Below, piece after piece: positions 45,867-55,721 of a stretch of DNA of 64,000 nt. This DNA is from an uncultured Candidatus Saccharimonas sp. (GTDB lineage: Bacteria; Patescibacteriota; Saccharimonadia; Saccharimonadales; OMJO01), in assembly GCA_943353165.1 (NCBI GenBank), contig CALRAM010000001.1, positions 45,483 to 109,482 of the forward strand, read 5' to 3'. The notes under the pieces were generated by a model. It ran no database searches. It was not told the origin of the DNA and saw only the letters and a program-made list of their open reading frames with translations. The first letter of the stretch is position 1. Each line of letters starts with the position of its first letter. The position numbers and the translations under genes are program-made.

Positions 45867-46286
45867 ATGGCAGAAGCCAAAAAAACCACGAAACAAAAAG
45901 TAGAAAGTAAGGATACTTCTTCTGATATTGATATAAAAAAACCAAAAACAGAATCAACTATAAAAAAATCAGAACCAATAACCAAACAACGTATTCGTAT
46001 TAGGTTAAAAGCCTATGATCATAAAGTCATAGATCAAGCTGCAAAACAGATACTAGATACAGCTCTTCGTACAGGAGCAACTATCTCTGGGCCTATACCA
46101 CTACCCACCAAAAAGACAGTATTTACAGTAGTCAAAAGTCCACATGTGTACAAAAAAAGCCGTGAACAGTTCGAGATGCGAATCCACAAAAGGCTGATAG
46201 ATATTAGCGATCCTACTCCAAAAACTATTGATTCACTTATGAATCTTAGCCTGCCTGCCGGTTGCGACGCCGAAATCAAGATGTAA
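45867..46286 (+). CDS. rpsJ: 30S ribosomal protein S10 with ~35-aa Lys-rich N-terminal extension
   Basis: The core [43 protein letters not shown] is S10. The protein is 139 aa. Confidence 0.93.
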   Translation: MAEAKKTTKQKVESKDTSSDIDIKKPKTESTIKKSEPITKQRIRIRLKAYDHKVIDQAAKQILDTALRTGATISGPIPLPTKKTVFTVVKSPHVYKKSREQFEMRIHKRLIDISDPTPKTIDSLMNLSLPAGCDAEIKM

Positions 46287-46411
46287 ATTTGATTTCAAGG
46301 AGCAGTCTATCCGCCAACTGGCGGAACGCTAAAATCAAAATGTATCACTACAGTTTTCTACTCATCAGATAATTATCATAAATGTAGGTTTTTTAGTGTA
46401 CAATTGTGCTT

Positions 46412-46693
46412 ATGACAAAGTCCAATAAAACAAAGAGAAAAACTAATGAACCCGATAGCGCCTATTTACTGAAGTTAGTTATATTTTTAATTATTGGTGC
46501 TCAGTGGGTAAGGTTTGTTAATCCTTCCGTTACCGTAGAAATACCTATTCCGATAGGACTGATTGTTGGACTATTTATTGCAATGCATGATCATTTTAGA
46601 ATAGACAGAAAAATTGAGTACGCTGTACTATTGGTCGCCATGTTGTTAGGTTTTTGGAGCCAGTCTGGTATTTACTTGACGGTTCTTAAATGA
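46412..46693 (+). CDS. hypothetical small integral membrane protein inserted between rpsJ and rplC
   Basis: About 93 aa with a basic N-terminus followed by three hydrophobic helices. No clear RBS. A GTG at 46406 is an alternative start. Confidence 0.45.
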   Translation: MTKSNKTKRKTNEPDSAYLLKLVIFLIIGAQWVRFVNPSVTVEIPIPIGLIVGLFIAMHDHFRIDRKIEYAVLLVAMLLGFWSQSGIYLTVLK

Positions 46694-46711
46694 AGTAGAA
46701 TACACAACATA

Positions 46712-46741
46712 TTGACAAGTGTTACTCTAAAATGGTACTCT
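46712..46741 (+). promoter_or_regulatory. candidate promoter for rplC and downstream genes (TTGACA-18 nt-TACTCT with upstream TG)
   Basis: TTGACA at 46712-46717 and TGgTACTCT at 46733-46741. Confidence 0.3.
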
Positions 46742-46875
46742 GTTATAGATATAAATAGTTTACGTACTTGGTGTTTTGTCAAGTCTCCTGTTTAACAGGT
46801 TAGAAACTGACAAACATCAAGAATTTTTTATGTATGTTTCGATGCATATAACGTCAATAATTTAAAAAGGATTTG

Positions 46876-47490
46876 ATGAAAACACTTATCACCAGAAAGC
46901 TAGGCATGACTAGCACCATCTCTAAAGACGGTGTTGTTCAGGCTGTAACATTACTTTCTGCTGATCCAAACACCATCACCTACCTAAAGACAACCGATAC
47001 TGATGGCTATACTGCAGTACAGATAGGCACAGAGATTGCTAAAAATATGGGCAAAGCACTAGCTGGACACTTTAAAAAATCAAAAGTTCAACCAAAAATT
47101 ACCCGAGAGATTCGCGTCAACCAAATCACAGAGGAAATGATCGTCGGCCAGAAAATTTCGGCCGACGTTTTCGTTGTCGGGGATATTGTGCACGTAACAT
47201 CCACAAGCAAGGGCAAAGGATTTGCCGGCACTATAAAGAGACATAATTTTCATAGACAACGAAAAACGCATGGTGGCAAAGGTAACACCCGAAAACCAGG
47301 TTCTATTGGTTCTATGTATCCTCAGCATATTTTCAAGGGAAAGAAAATGTCAGGTCATATGGGCGCGGAACGCGTTACCGTCAGAAACCTTTCAATTGCA
47401 CTTGTAGATATGGAACTAGGCGTTATAGGCGTAACAGGTGCAGTGCCTGGCCCACGAAAAGGCATAGTTCTAGTTGCGGGAGCTAAATAA
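46876..47490 (+). CDS. rplC: 50S ribosomal protein L3
   Basis: MKTLITRKLGMTS..GKGFAGTIKRHNF. Confidence 0.95.
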   Translation: MKTLITRKLGMTSTISKDGVVQAVTLLSADPNTITYLKTTDTDGYTAVQIGTEIAKNMGKALAGHFKKSKVQPKITREIRVNQITEEMIVGQKISADVFVVGDIVHVTSTSKGKGFAGTIKRHNFHRQRKTHGGKGNTRKPGSIGSMYPQHIFKGKKMSGHMGAERVTVRNLSIALVDMELGVIGVTGAVPGPRKGIVLVAGAK

Positions 47491-47491
47491 C

Positions 47492-48172
47492 ATGGCTTCA
47501 ACTGCTACTTTTACCAAAACAGGCACAAAGGCTACAGTTGCTGTCAAATTAGACGCTTCAGTTTTTGGCGTTTCTCCGGAAAATCACGAATTAGTAAAGT
47601 CAGCTTACGTTGCATATCTGGCAAACGGCAGAGGCAACCTGGCTGTTACCAAAACTAGGGGTTTAATTAGAGGCGGAGGCAAAAAACCGTGGAAACAAAA
47701 AGGCACAGGTCGTGCTCGTTTTGGTTCTAGCCGTAACCCTATTTGGCGCGGCGGAGGAATAGTTTTTGGCCCAACAGGAAACGAGAACTATACTCACAAG
47801 CTAAACGTAACAGCAAAGCGTCGTGCGATATGTCAAGCTCTCTCATTAGCTGCCGATTCTTCTAAAATTATCATCATAGAATCCTTGTCCTTTAAAGACG
47901 GCAAAACATCAGGCGCAGCTAGCTTACTCAAAAAAATCGGAGCATTTAAAAACATCCTCATAATTACAGATGACAAATCAGATGAAATCGTACGAGCTAC
48001 CAATAACCTGCAAAAGGTAAAGCTAGTTCAAGCCAAATATGTAAATGTTTACGATGTAATGAACGCGGACAGTATCGTTATTACACCTCCAGCTTTGAGC
48101 GCCATAAGCGATTGGCTGATATCACCTTCAGTCCCTAAACCGGCAAAATTAGCCAAAAAAGGCAATAAATAA
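47492..48172 (+). CDS. rplD: 50S ribosomal protein L4
   Basis: KPWKQKGTGRARFGSSRNPIWRGGG. ATG at 47492, inside the longer tracked ORF. Confidence 0.95.
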   Translation: MASTATFTKTGTKATVAVKLDASVFGVSPENHELVKSAYVAYLANGRGNLAVTKTRGLIRGGGKKPWKQKGTGRARFGSSRNPIWRGGGIVFGPTGNENYTHKLNVTAKRRAICQALSLAADSSKIIIIESLSFKDGKTSGAASLLKKIGAFKNILIITDDKSDEIVRATNNLQKVKLVQAKYVNVYDVMNADSIVITPPALSAISDWLISPSVPKPAKLAKKGNK

Positions 48173-48624
48173 TGAGTCCCGTCAAAGATTTAACTAAAAA
48201 ACCTGTTACAAAAACAGACATACACAGTATTGTTGCTTTTTCAGCTATTGCACCATCAAACAAATCTATGACCCTACGACCACGCGTTAGCGAAAAAGCC
48301 TATGGAATCAGCCAAAAGCTAAATACATACGTTTTCAATGTTCCAGTAGGAGCAAACAAAATTTCTGTTTCCAAGGCCGTCGCCGAACAATTCGGTGTTA
48401 CTGTTGAAGCCGTAAATATATTGAACTCAAAAGGCAAATCCGTTCGTAGCGTACGACGTGGTGGAAAAGCTTCAAATGGGCGCAGAGCCAACACCAAAAA
48501 AGCCTATGTAACAATCGCAACTGGCGATATCATACCTATTTTTGCTGCAGAAGAAGCCGCCGAAGCAAAAGAAGCCAAAAAAGCTGAAAAAGCTGCTAAA
48601 AAATCAGCAAAGGAAAATAAATAA
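48172..48624 (+). CDS. rplW: 50S ribosomal protein L23 with N- and C-terminal extensions
   Basis: The core LRPRVSEKAYGISQKLNTYVFNVPVGANKISVSKAVAEQFGV is L23. The protein is 150 aa with an Ala/Glu/Lys-rich tail. Confidence 0.9.
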   Translation: MSPVKDLTKKPVTKTDIHSIVAFSAIAPSNKSMTLRPRVSEKAYGISQKLNTYVFNVPVGANKISVSKAVAEQFGVTVEAVNILNSKGKSVRSVRRGGKASNGRRANTKKAYVTIATGDIIPIFAAEEAAEAKEAKKAEKAAKKSAKENK

Positions 48625-49460
48625 TGGCTATTAGAGCATTAAACCCTACCACACCTGGTCAGCGTGGAATGACTACTCAGGACTTTGATGGCATAACAGC
48701 AAAGCGACCACTAAAATCTTTGATAGTAATCAAAAAGAAAAATAGCGGTCGCAACAACCAAGGTCGTATTACTACTAGGCATCGTGGCGGTGGCGTACGT
48801 AAGTTTTATCGTATAATAAATTTTAATCTAATGTCAGGTTTGACTGCAACGGTGGAAGCCATAGAGTACGACCCAAACCGCAGCGCCAGAATCGCTCGTA
48901 TTTTGGACAATACTGGTAAGTATCACTATATCTTAGCAGCTAACGGTATGGGCGTCGGTACAGTTGTCAGTTCCGGCGACGAAGTCAGTATAGAAACTGG
49001 CAATCGTTTGGCCCTAAAAGATATTCCAGTTGGTAGTGTAATCCACGCCATAGAATTACAGCCTGGCCGTGGCGCTCAAATGGTACGCTCTGCAGGAGCT
49101 AGCGCTCAATTAATGGCAAAGGAAAATGAATACGCCCAAGTCCGATTACCTAGCGGCGAAGTTCGACTAGTTCATGTTCAGTGCACTGCTAGCATTGGTG
49201 TTATCGGAAACGAGCAGCACCAAAATATAAAGATCGGCAAAGCTGGTCGCAATCGCCACCGCGGTATTCGACCCGGAGTACGAGGTGTTGTCATGAACGC
49301 TACTGATCACCCACATGGTGGTGGTGATGGTGGTCGACATGGTATGGGTAAAGACCCACGAACACCTTGGGGCCAGAAGACTCTAGGATTCAAGACTCGT
49401 CGTCGCAAAATAAGTAATAAGTTTATCGTAAAGGGCCGACATGCGGCAAAAAGGAAATAA
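48624..49460 (+). CDS. rplB: 50S ribosomal protein L2
   Basis: GRNNQGRITTRHRGGG..HPHGGGDGG. Confidence 0.97.
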   Translation: MAIRALNPTTPGQRGMTTQDFDGITAKRPLKSLIVIKKKNSGRNNQGRITTRHRGGGVRKFYRIINFNLMSGLTATVEAIEYDPNRSARIARILDNTGKYHYILAANGMGVGTVVSSGDEVSIETGNRLALKDIPVGSVIHAIELQPGRGAQMVRSAGASAQLMAKENEYAQVRLPSGEVRLVHVQCTASIGVIGNEQHQNIKIGKAGRNRHRGIRPGVRGVVMNATDHPHGGGDGGRHGMGKDPRTPWGQKTLGFKTRRRKISNKFIVKGRHAAKRK

Positions 49461-49463
49461 AGT

Positions 49464-49739
49464 ATGAGTAGATCGCTTAAAAAAGGACCTTTTATAGACC
49501 CCAAATTAGCCAAAAAAATAGCGGCTCTAGGGTCTGACGATCGCACCATCATAAAAACTTGGGCTCGTAGCTGTACTATTACTCCTGATTTTGTAGGACG
49601 CACAATTGCCGTTCATAATGGCAAGGTTCATGTTCCAGTATTTGTTTCCGAAAATATGGTTGGCCACAAGCTTGGCGAGTTTTCTCCTACACGCAAATTC
49701 CGTAGCCATGGTGGCAAATTAGCGAAAGGCGGCAAATAA
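49464..49739 (+). CDS. rpsS: 30S ribosomal protein S19
   Basis: [29 protein letters not shown]. Confidence 0.97.
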   Translation: MSRSLKKGPFIDPKLAKKIAALGSDDRTIIKTWARSCTITPDFVGRTIAVHNGKVHVPVFVSENMVGHKLGEFSPTRKFRSHGGKLAKGGK

Positions 49740-50134
49740 TGCCTGTTCAGTCAATATCTAAAGGCGTACGTATGAGCTCTCGGAAAGTCGGCGTTGTTGC
49801 TTCTCTGGTTCGCGGCCATAGCGTTGCTGATGCTCTAGTTATTTTGTCGCATACACCTAGACGGTCTGCCGAACCTGTCAAAAAAGCTATTGAAAGTGCC
49901 CGCGCAAATGCAGAGCACAATCATAACTACAAGCCTGACACTTTGCAGATTACCCTCATCAGCGTCACCAATGGACCCAGCCTGAAAAGGTCTCGTCCAG
50001 CTTCTCATGGGCGGGCATTACCTTTCCAGAGACGTAGTTCACATATACGCGTTATTGTCGACGGAGAACAGAGAGTCGCCAAAAAACCAGCCCCAAAAAC
50101 TGAAACTAATTCTGTGTCAAAGGAGACAAAATAA
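49739..50134 (+). CDS. rplV: 50S ribosomal protein L22
   Basis: Operon position plus RMSSRKVGVVASLVRG..ILSHTPRRSAEPVKKAIESA. Confidence 0.93.
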   Translation: MPVQSISKGVRMSSRKVGVVASLVRGHSVADALVILSHTPRRSAEPVKKAIESARANAEHNHNYKPDTLQITLISVTNGPSLKRSRPASHGRALPFQRRSSHIRVIVDGEQRVAKKPAPKTETNSVSKETK

Positions 50135-50766
50135 TGGGACAAAAAGTTAACCCAATTAGCATGCGTCTTCAGCTGAACAAGCAATGGAGTAGTAAATGGT
50201 TCGCTAACAAGAGAGACTACACCAAATTTTTAACCCAAGATTTGGCAGTCAGACGACTCATAGACGTAAAGCTAGGATCCAGAGCAGCTATTAATCGCGT
50301 TGAAATAGAAAGAGCCCCAAACTTGGTCTCAGTAACTATTAGCACAGCAAAAGCTGGTGTTGTTATTGGACGAGGAGGCACTGGTGTTCAGGAACTAAAG
50401 ACAGCTATAGAAAAAATATACGGTACACAGACTCGACTAAACATTGAAGAAATCAAAAAACCAGAACTATATGCCAAACTTGTAGCGGAAAATATAGCAC
50501 ACCAAATAGAGCGGCGTATTGCTTTTCGTAGAGCCGTCAAACACTCAGCAGCTGCCACGATGAGATTGGGAGCAAAAGGCATCAGAATCGAGCTTTCTGG
50601 GCGACTTGGTGGAGCAGATATGTCACGCATAGAAAAAGAAGTTCAAGGCAGTGTCCCACTACATACCATCAGAGCTGATATTGATTTCCACAAAACTACT
50701 GCACAGTATCCTGGCAGCGGTTTGATTGGTGTAAAAGTATGGATATATAAGGGAGAGACGGTCTAA
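50134..50766 (+). CDS. rpsC: 30S ribosomal protein S3
   Basis: [14 protein letters not shown] domain GVVIGRGG. Confidence 0.97.
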   Translation: MGQKVNPISMRLQLNKQWSSKWFANKRDYTKFLTQDLAVRRLIDVKLGSRAAINRVEIERAPNLVSVTISTAKAGVVIGRGGTGVQELKTAIEKIYGTQTRLNIEEIKKPELYAKLVAENIAHQIERRIAFRRAVKHSAAATMRLGAKGIRIELSGRLGGADMSRIEKEVQGSVPLHTIRADIDFHKTTAQYPGSGLIGVKVWIYKGETV

Positions 50767-50767
50767 A

Positions 50768-51181
50768 ATGTTAATGCCAAAGCGCTCAAAGTACCGAAAG
50801 GTACGTAAAGGAAAGATTCGTGGAGTTGCCAGCTCTGGTAATTTTATTGCTTTCGGTCAATACGCCCTACAGTCGTTGGAAGGTGAACGTATTACTGGTC
50901 GCCAAATCGAATCAGCCCGTCAGGCAATGACACGCTATATAAAGCGTGGCGGAAAAATCTGGATTCGTATATTTCCACACATTCCTGTAACCCGAAAACC
51001 TCAAGATGTCAAAATGGGTAGCGGCAAAGGTAACCCCGAGTTCTTCGTGGCAAAGGTAAAACCTGGCACTATCTTGTTTGAAATGCAAGGCGTTACAGAA
51101 GAAATTGCCCGCGAGGCAATGCGGCTTGCTAGTCACAAACTACCAGTAAAAACCAAGTTTTTGGTAAAGGACGAGGTATAG
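50768..51181 (+). CDS. rplP: 50S ribosomal protein L16
   Basis: [15 protein letters not shown].. Confidence 0.97.
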   Translation: MLMPKRSKYRKVRKGKIRGVASSGNFIAFGQYALQSLEGERITGRQIESARQAMTRYIKRGGKIWIRIFPHIPVTRKPQDVKMGSGKGNPEFFVAKVKPGTILFEMQGVTEEIAREAMRLASHKLPVKTKFLVKDEV

Positions 51182-51183
51182 TC

Positions 51184-51384
51184 ATGAAAGTTGTAGAAAT
51201 ACGCAAGCTAACTACCAGAGATTTGGCCCAGGAAAGCACAAAGCTAAGAGATGAAATAGCAGATTTACGACGCAGATTGCATATGGGAGAAACCCAAAAT
51301 GTCCGATCATTACGAAGCAAACGAAAAGATTTAGCACGGATGCTAACTGTACTAAGCGAACAACTCACAAAGGAGAACATCTAA
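51184..51384 (+). CDS. rpmC: 50S ribosomal protein L29
   Basis: 66 aa at the expected operon position, with the L29-like pattern EIRKLTTRDL..L..E. Confidence 0.9.
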   Translation: MKVVEIRKLTTRDLAQESTKLRDEIADLRRRLHMGETQNVRSLRSKRKDLARMLTVLSEQLTKENI

Positions 51385-51713
51385 TGGCTAAAACTATTAC
51401 CGGTATTGTTTCATCAGACAAAGCCAACAAAACTATCGTAGTTACTGTTCAGGCTCACAAAACACATCCCATTTACAAAAAGAAATATACTTTTTCTAGA
51501 AAATTTATGGCGCATGACGAGAACAATGATGCCAAAGAAGGCGACAAAGTTGTTATATCAGAATGCAAACCTATTAGCGCTCGTAAACGATACACATTAG
51601 ACTCTGTTATCGAAAAGGCTACCATAAAGCATGTTGAACCAGAAATCGTACCAGACACAACAACCAAGACAGAATCTGTACCAAAAGATTCATCTACAGA
51701 AGGAAAAAAATAA
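51384..51713 (+). CDS. rpsQ: 30S ribosomal protein S17 with C-terminal extension
   Basis: [27 protein letters not shown]; 109 aa. Confidence 0.93.
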   Translation: MAKTITGIVSSDKANKTIVVTVQAHKTHPIYKKKYTFSRKFMAHDENNDAKEGDKVVISECKPISARKRYTLDSVIEKATIKHVEPEIVPDTTTKTESVPKDSSTEGKK

Positions 51714-52081
51714 TGATACAACAAGAAACCAGACTAGGCGTTTGCGATAACAGCGGTGCAAAAGAAATTCTATGCATTCGTGTATTAGGTGGTACCCGAC
51801 GTCGATACGCCAGAGTAGGTGATACCATAACTGCTACCGTCAAACAAGCCAGTCCTACTGGTGGCGTAAAGAGAAAATCAGTAGTACGTGCCGTTATAGT
51901 TCGAACCAAAGATACTATTCGCCGAAAAGATGGTTCAACTATCAAGTTTGACGATAATGCAGCAGTTATAATTGGCGATGATAAATTACCAAAGGCTACC
52001 AGAATTTTTGGACCTGTTCCGCGTGAACTTCGCGAACAAGGTTATGCAAAGATTATCAGCCTTGCACCGGAGGTTCTATAA
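51713..52081 (+). CDS. rplN: 50S ribosomal protein L14
   Basis: [18 protein letters not shown]. Confidence 0.97.
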   Translation: MIQQETRLGVCDNSGAKEILCIRVLGGTRRRYARVGDTITATVKQASPTGGVKRKSVVRAVIVRTKDTIRRKDGSTIKFDDNAAVIIGDDKLPKATRIFGPVPRELREQGYAKIISLAPEVL

Positions 52082-52413
52082 TGGAAAAACAAGTTTACAA
52101 GATTCGTATCAAAAAAGACGATACCGTAGTCGTGCGTGCTGGAAAGTACAAAGGCAAAACGGGCAAAGTTATTGCTGTTCACCCTACCCTAAACAAAGTT
52201 ACTGTTGAAGGCATAAATATTGTCAAAAAACACACGAAACCTAACAAAAAATACCCCCAAGGAGCCATAGTAGAATTGACCAAACCTATCTGGGTATCAA
52301 AAGTTGGCATTTACGATTCAGCCAACAAAAAACCCTCACGTATTAGCTATATGATCAACAAAGATGGATCAAAATCACGCGTGCTAAAAACCACCGGCAA
52401 GGAAATAAAATAA
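52081..52413 (+). CDS. rplX: 50S ribosomal protein L24
   Basis: KOW motif IKKDDTVVVRAGKYKGKTGKV. Confidence 0.95.
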   Translation: MEKQVYKIRIKKDDTVVVRAGKYKGKTGKVIAVHPTLNKVTVEGINIVKKHTKPNKKYPQGAIVELTKPIWVSKVGIYDSANKKPSRISYMINKDGSKSRVLKTTGKEIK

Positions 52414-53030
52414 TGGCTACAAAGACTATGACTACACCAAATTTAAACGCTAGATTAAAAGTTTTGTATGTTAAGCAGTACGCCCCTGAACTCCAAAAAG
52501 AATTGGGTTTAACTAATGCGCACCAGGTTCCTCGACTAGAAAAAATAGTCATAAACATTGGGCTAGGGCGCGCAAAAGACGACAAAAAAGTATTAGAAGT
52601 TGCCGCTAACACACTGAGAAAAATTACAGGCCAGCAACCAATTGACACATTTGCTAAAAAATCTATAGCAGGTTTCAAGCTTAGAGAAGGTAACAAAATT
52701 GGCCTAAAGGTTACTCTCCGTGGCAATAAAATGTACGAATTTATGGATCGTTTCATCAACGTTGTTGTTCCTAGACTTCGTGATTTTCATGGAGTTAGTA
52801 ACAAATCTTTTGATAAAATGGGAAATTTTAGCATCGGCATAAACGACCAAAGTGTATTTCCAGAACTTACGTTCGAAGAAACAACAACTGTGCACGGGAT
52901 GCAAGCTATTTTTGTTATCAATTGTTCGCAAATGGAACACGGCAAATCTTTGCTCCAGAAATTTGGCATGCCCTTCGAGAAAATTCCTGAAATCAAAGAT
53001 CAAGTTACAGTCACAAAGGAGACTAAATAA
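52413..53030 (+). CDS. rplE: 50S ribosomal protein L5
   Basis: [14 protein letters not shown]..; 205 aa. Confidence 0.95.
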   Translation: MATKTMTTPNLNARLKVLYVKQYAPELQKELGLTNAHQVPRLEKIVINIGLGRAKDDKKVLEVAANTLRKITGQQPIDTFAKKSIAGFKLREGNKIGLKVTLRGNKMYEFMDRFINVVVPRLRDFHGVSNKSFDKMGNFSIGINDQSVFPELTFEETTTVHGMQAIFVINCSQMEHGKSLLQKFGMPFEKIPEIKDQVTVTKETK

Positions 53031-53299
53031 TGGCCAAAAAATCCAGTATCGCTAGAGACCTAAAAAGGAAAAGAATGATCCTAAAATATGCAGCTAAACG
53101 CAAAGAGCTCAAATCTGTTGGGGATTTGGAAGGTTTGCATAGATTACCCAGAAACTCTTCTCCGACTAGATTAAAGAACAGGTGCACCGAAACAGGCCGC
53201 CCACGTGGTTATATGCGTCAGTTTGGCCTAAGTCGTATTTCGTTTAGAGAACACGCAAGCAAGGGCGAAATACCTGGCATAACAAAGTCCAGCTGGTAA
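53030..53299 (+). CDS. rpsN: 30S ribosomal protein S14 (long, Cys-less form)
   Basis: [39 protein letters not shown]; 89 aa, no CxxC pairs. Confidence 0.95.
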   Translation: MAKKSSIARDLKRKRMILKYAAKRKELKSVGDLEGLHRLPRNSSPTRLKNRCTETGRPRGYMRQFGLSRISFREHASKGEIPGITKSSW

Positions 53300-53316
53300 A
53301 GAAAGGAATTATTTAT

Positions 53317-53718
53317 ATGTCTACACTATCAACAGACCCAATAGCAGATATGCTAACTAGAATTCGTAACGCAATAGCAGTGCGAAAGTATGAAGTAGTA
53401 TTGCCGCATTCAAATGTAAAAGAATCTGTCGCAAAACTTCTAAAAGAGACCCGTTTTATTGACGACGTTAAAGTTGGAAAAGCAACCATCGGAAAAGAAT
53501 TAACAATAGTCATAAATAGAGAAAACACCAACGCCAGGATTACTGAAATCGTTCGTATTAGCAAGCCAGGACGACGTAGTTACGTCAGCTCAGATACCAT
53601 TCCTACCATAAAGCGTGGCAGAGGCATTGTTATTGTCTCTACTAGCAAAGGCATGATGACTGGGTCGCAGGCGAAAAAGAGCGGTATCGGTGGTGAATTA
53701 ATTTGTAAGGTATATTAA
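53317..53718 (+). CDS. rpsH: 30S ribosomal protein S8
   Basis: DPIADMLTRIRNA. Confidence 0.97.
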   Translation: MSTLSTDPIADMLTRIRNAIAVRKYEVVLPHSNVKESVAKLLKETRFIDDVKVGKATIGKELTIVINRENTNARITEIVRISKPGRRSYVSSDTIPTIKRGRGIVIVSTSKGMMTGSQAKKSGIGGELICKVY

Positions 53719-53727
53719 GGAGAAATT

Positions 53728-54267
53728 ATGAGTCGTATAGGAAAACTGCCGATTGCTATCCCCAGCGGCGTGACAATCACTGTCGATTCTGACAACATTA
53801 CTGTTGTAGGATCCAAAGGAACACTTAGCCAGTTTACTATGGAAGGTATTAACTTGTCCGTAGATAACGAGCAGGCAACTGTAACCAGAGTAAATGACGA
53901 ACCAAAAATTCGTGGGAAACACGGTCTAATGAGATCATTAGTTAACAATATGGTCATCGGTGTCAGCCAAGGCTTCACCAAACAACTAGAAGTAAACGGA
54001 GTTGGATATCGCGTTGCTGTAGTTGGTAACAGTCTAAAAATGAGCTTGGGCTTTTCCCATGAAGTAAATTTTGCACTACCTGAAGGTATAACAGCCAAAG
54101 TTGAACAGAATGTCATAACCATTTCTGGCATCAATAAGCAACAGGTAGGCCAAGTGGCTGCAGAAATACGTGCACTGAAAAAACCAGAACCCTACAAAGG
54201 CAAAGGTATCAAATACGTAGGTGAACGAATCATACGCAAAAGCGGTAAATCAGGTAAGGACAAATAA
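53728..54267 (+). CDS. rplF: 50S ribosomal protein L6
   Basis: MSRIGKLPIAIPSGV. Confidence 0.97.
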   Translation: MSRIGKLPIAIPSGVTITVDSDNITVVGSKGTLSQFTMEGINLSVDNEQATVTRVNDEPKIRGKHGLMRSLVNNMVIGVSQGFTKQLEVNGVGYRVAVVGNSLKMSLGFSHEVNFALPEGITAKVEQNVITISGINKQQVGQVAAEIRALKKPEPYKGKGIKYVGERIIRKSGKSGKDK

Positions 54268-54269
54268 TT

Positions 54270-54626
54270 ATGAATAGACTATTTTTAAAAACTCAGAATT
54301 TGGCTCGCAGAAAAAACCGCGTTCGCTCAAAAGTTATAGGCACAACATTGCGTCCTAGACTGAGTGTCCGTATCAGCAATCTACATGTTGTAGCACAGAT
54401 AATTGATGATTCCGTAGGTAAAACTTTAGTCCACATTACTACAGTCGGTAACAAAACCATCAAAGGCAATATGACAGAAAAAGCTGCATGGGTCGGTACA
54501 GAAATTGGCAAAAAAGCAAAAGCCAAGAAATTAACAAAAGTTGTATTTGACCGTAATGGCAAACTATTTCACGGACGTGTAAAAGCTTTAGCCGACGCAG
54601 CGCGTCAGGAAGGATTGGAGTTCTAA
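54270..54626 (+). CDS. rplR: 50S ribosomal protein L18
   Basis: RPRLSVRISNLHVVAQIIDD..FDRNGKLFHGRVKALADAARQEGLEF. Confidence 0.95.
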   Translation: MNRLFLKTQNLARRKNRVRSKVIGTTLRPRLSVRISNLHVVAQIIDDSVGKTLVHITTVGNKTIKGNMTEKAAWVGTEIGKKAKAKKLTKVVFDRNGKLFHGRVKALADAARQEGLEF

Positions 54627-54627
54627 T

Positions 54628-55179
54628 ATGGCAATGGATAACAGACAATCACGCCCACCACGTGAACAAGAAGTAAAAGAATTTGATGAGCGCGTAGTTC
54701 ATATTGACCGAGTTGCCAGAGTAGTAAAAGGCGGACGAAGATTTCGTTTTCGTGCTCTAGTTGTCGTTGGTGACCACAAAGGCAAAGTTGGTATAGGTAT
54801 AGCTAAAGGTGCTGACGTAACAGCAGCCATAAACAAAGCTGTTGATGTAGCAAAAAAGAACTTTGTAAAAGTTAGTATTTATAAAGGTACTATTCCGCAC
54901 GAAGCAGAAGTTAAAATCAGTGGAGCCAGAATATTACTAAAACCTGCTAGTCCAGGAACAGGACTGATTGCAGGCGGTACAGTTCGCATTGTTCTGGAAG
55001 TTGCTGGCATCAGCAATATACTTTCTAAATCTCTGGGATCTAGCAACAAGATAAATGTAGCATATGCTACTGTGGCTGCACTTCAGACCATTGAACCTTC
55101 TAGCAAATGGGTAACACGACAGTCAGAAAATAACGAAAAGAAAAAAGAATCTATAAAGATCAAGGCAGAGGCGAAATAA
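54628..55179 (+). CDS. rpsE: 30S ribosomal protein S5
   Basis: VVHIDRVARVVKGGRRFRFRALVVVGD. Confidence 0.97.
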   Translation: MAMDNRQSRPPREQEVKEFDERVVHIDRVARVVKGGRRFRFRALVVVGDHKGKVGIGIAKGADVTAAINKAVDVAKKNFVKVSIYKGTIPHEAEVKISGARILLKPASPGTGLIAGGTVRIVLEVAGISNILSKSLGSSNKINVAYATVAALQTIEPSSKWVTRQSENNEKKKESIKIKAEAK

Positions 55180-55180
55180 T

Positions 55181-55636
55181 ATGAAATTTAACGAACTCAA
55201 AGTAACACCGACTCGTCGAACACATCGTGTTGGTCGTGGTATTGCAGCAGGACAAGGCAAAACAGCTGGACGTGGAACAAAAGGCCAAAAATCTCGTACC
55301 GGCTCATCAGCTCGTCCTGGATTTGAAGGTGGACAAAATCCGCTCATGCAGAGATTGCCAAAGCTACCCGGTTTCAAATCCATACGTCCAAAAGCAGAAG
55401 TAGTCTACACGGGCAACCTAGACAAAATTGCGCCAACAATTACCAACGCAACTCTGTTCGCCGCCGGACTAGTAACTTCACCATACACCAGAGCAAAACT
55501 TGTAGTTAAAGGCGAAGTGTCCAAAAAAGTAAATATTCAATTGCAAGCAGCCAGCGTATCAGCAACCGAAATGGTAAAAAAAGCTGGTGGATCCGTAGAA
55601 ATAGTTCCTCAAATCAAGCGAACACCAAAAGCATAA
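55181..55636 (+). CDS. rplO: 50S ribosomal protein L15
   Basis: RVGRGIAAGQGKTAGRGTKGQKSR. It begins 2 nt after the rpsE stop, with no rpmD between. Confidence 0.95.
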   Translation: MKFNELKVTPTRRTHRVGRGIAAGQGKTAGRGTKGQKSRTGSSARPGFEGGQNPLMQRLPKLPGFKSIRPKAEVVYTGNLDKIAPTITNATLFAAGLVTSPYTRAKLVVKGEVSKKVNIQLQAASVSATEMVKKAGGSVEIVPQIKRTPKA

Positions 55637-55721
55637 TCACCAAAGACCAAATTTAATAGTAATATTAACACCAAAAGCTACCTTACTAGCCACTATTCAA
55701 GTATAATTAAGTCTATACATT

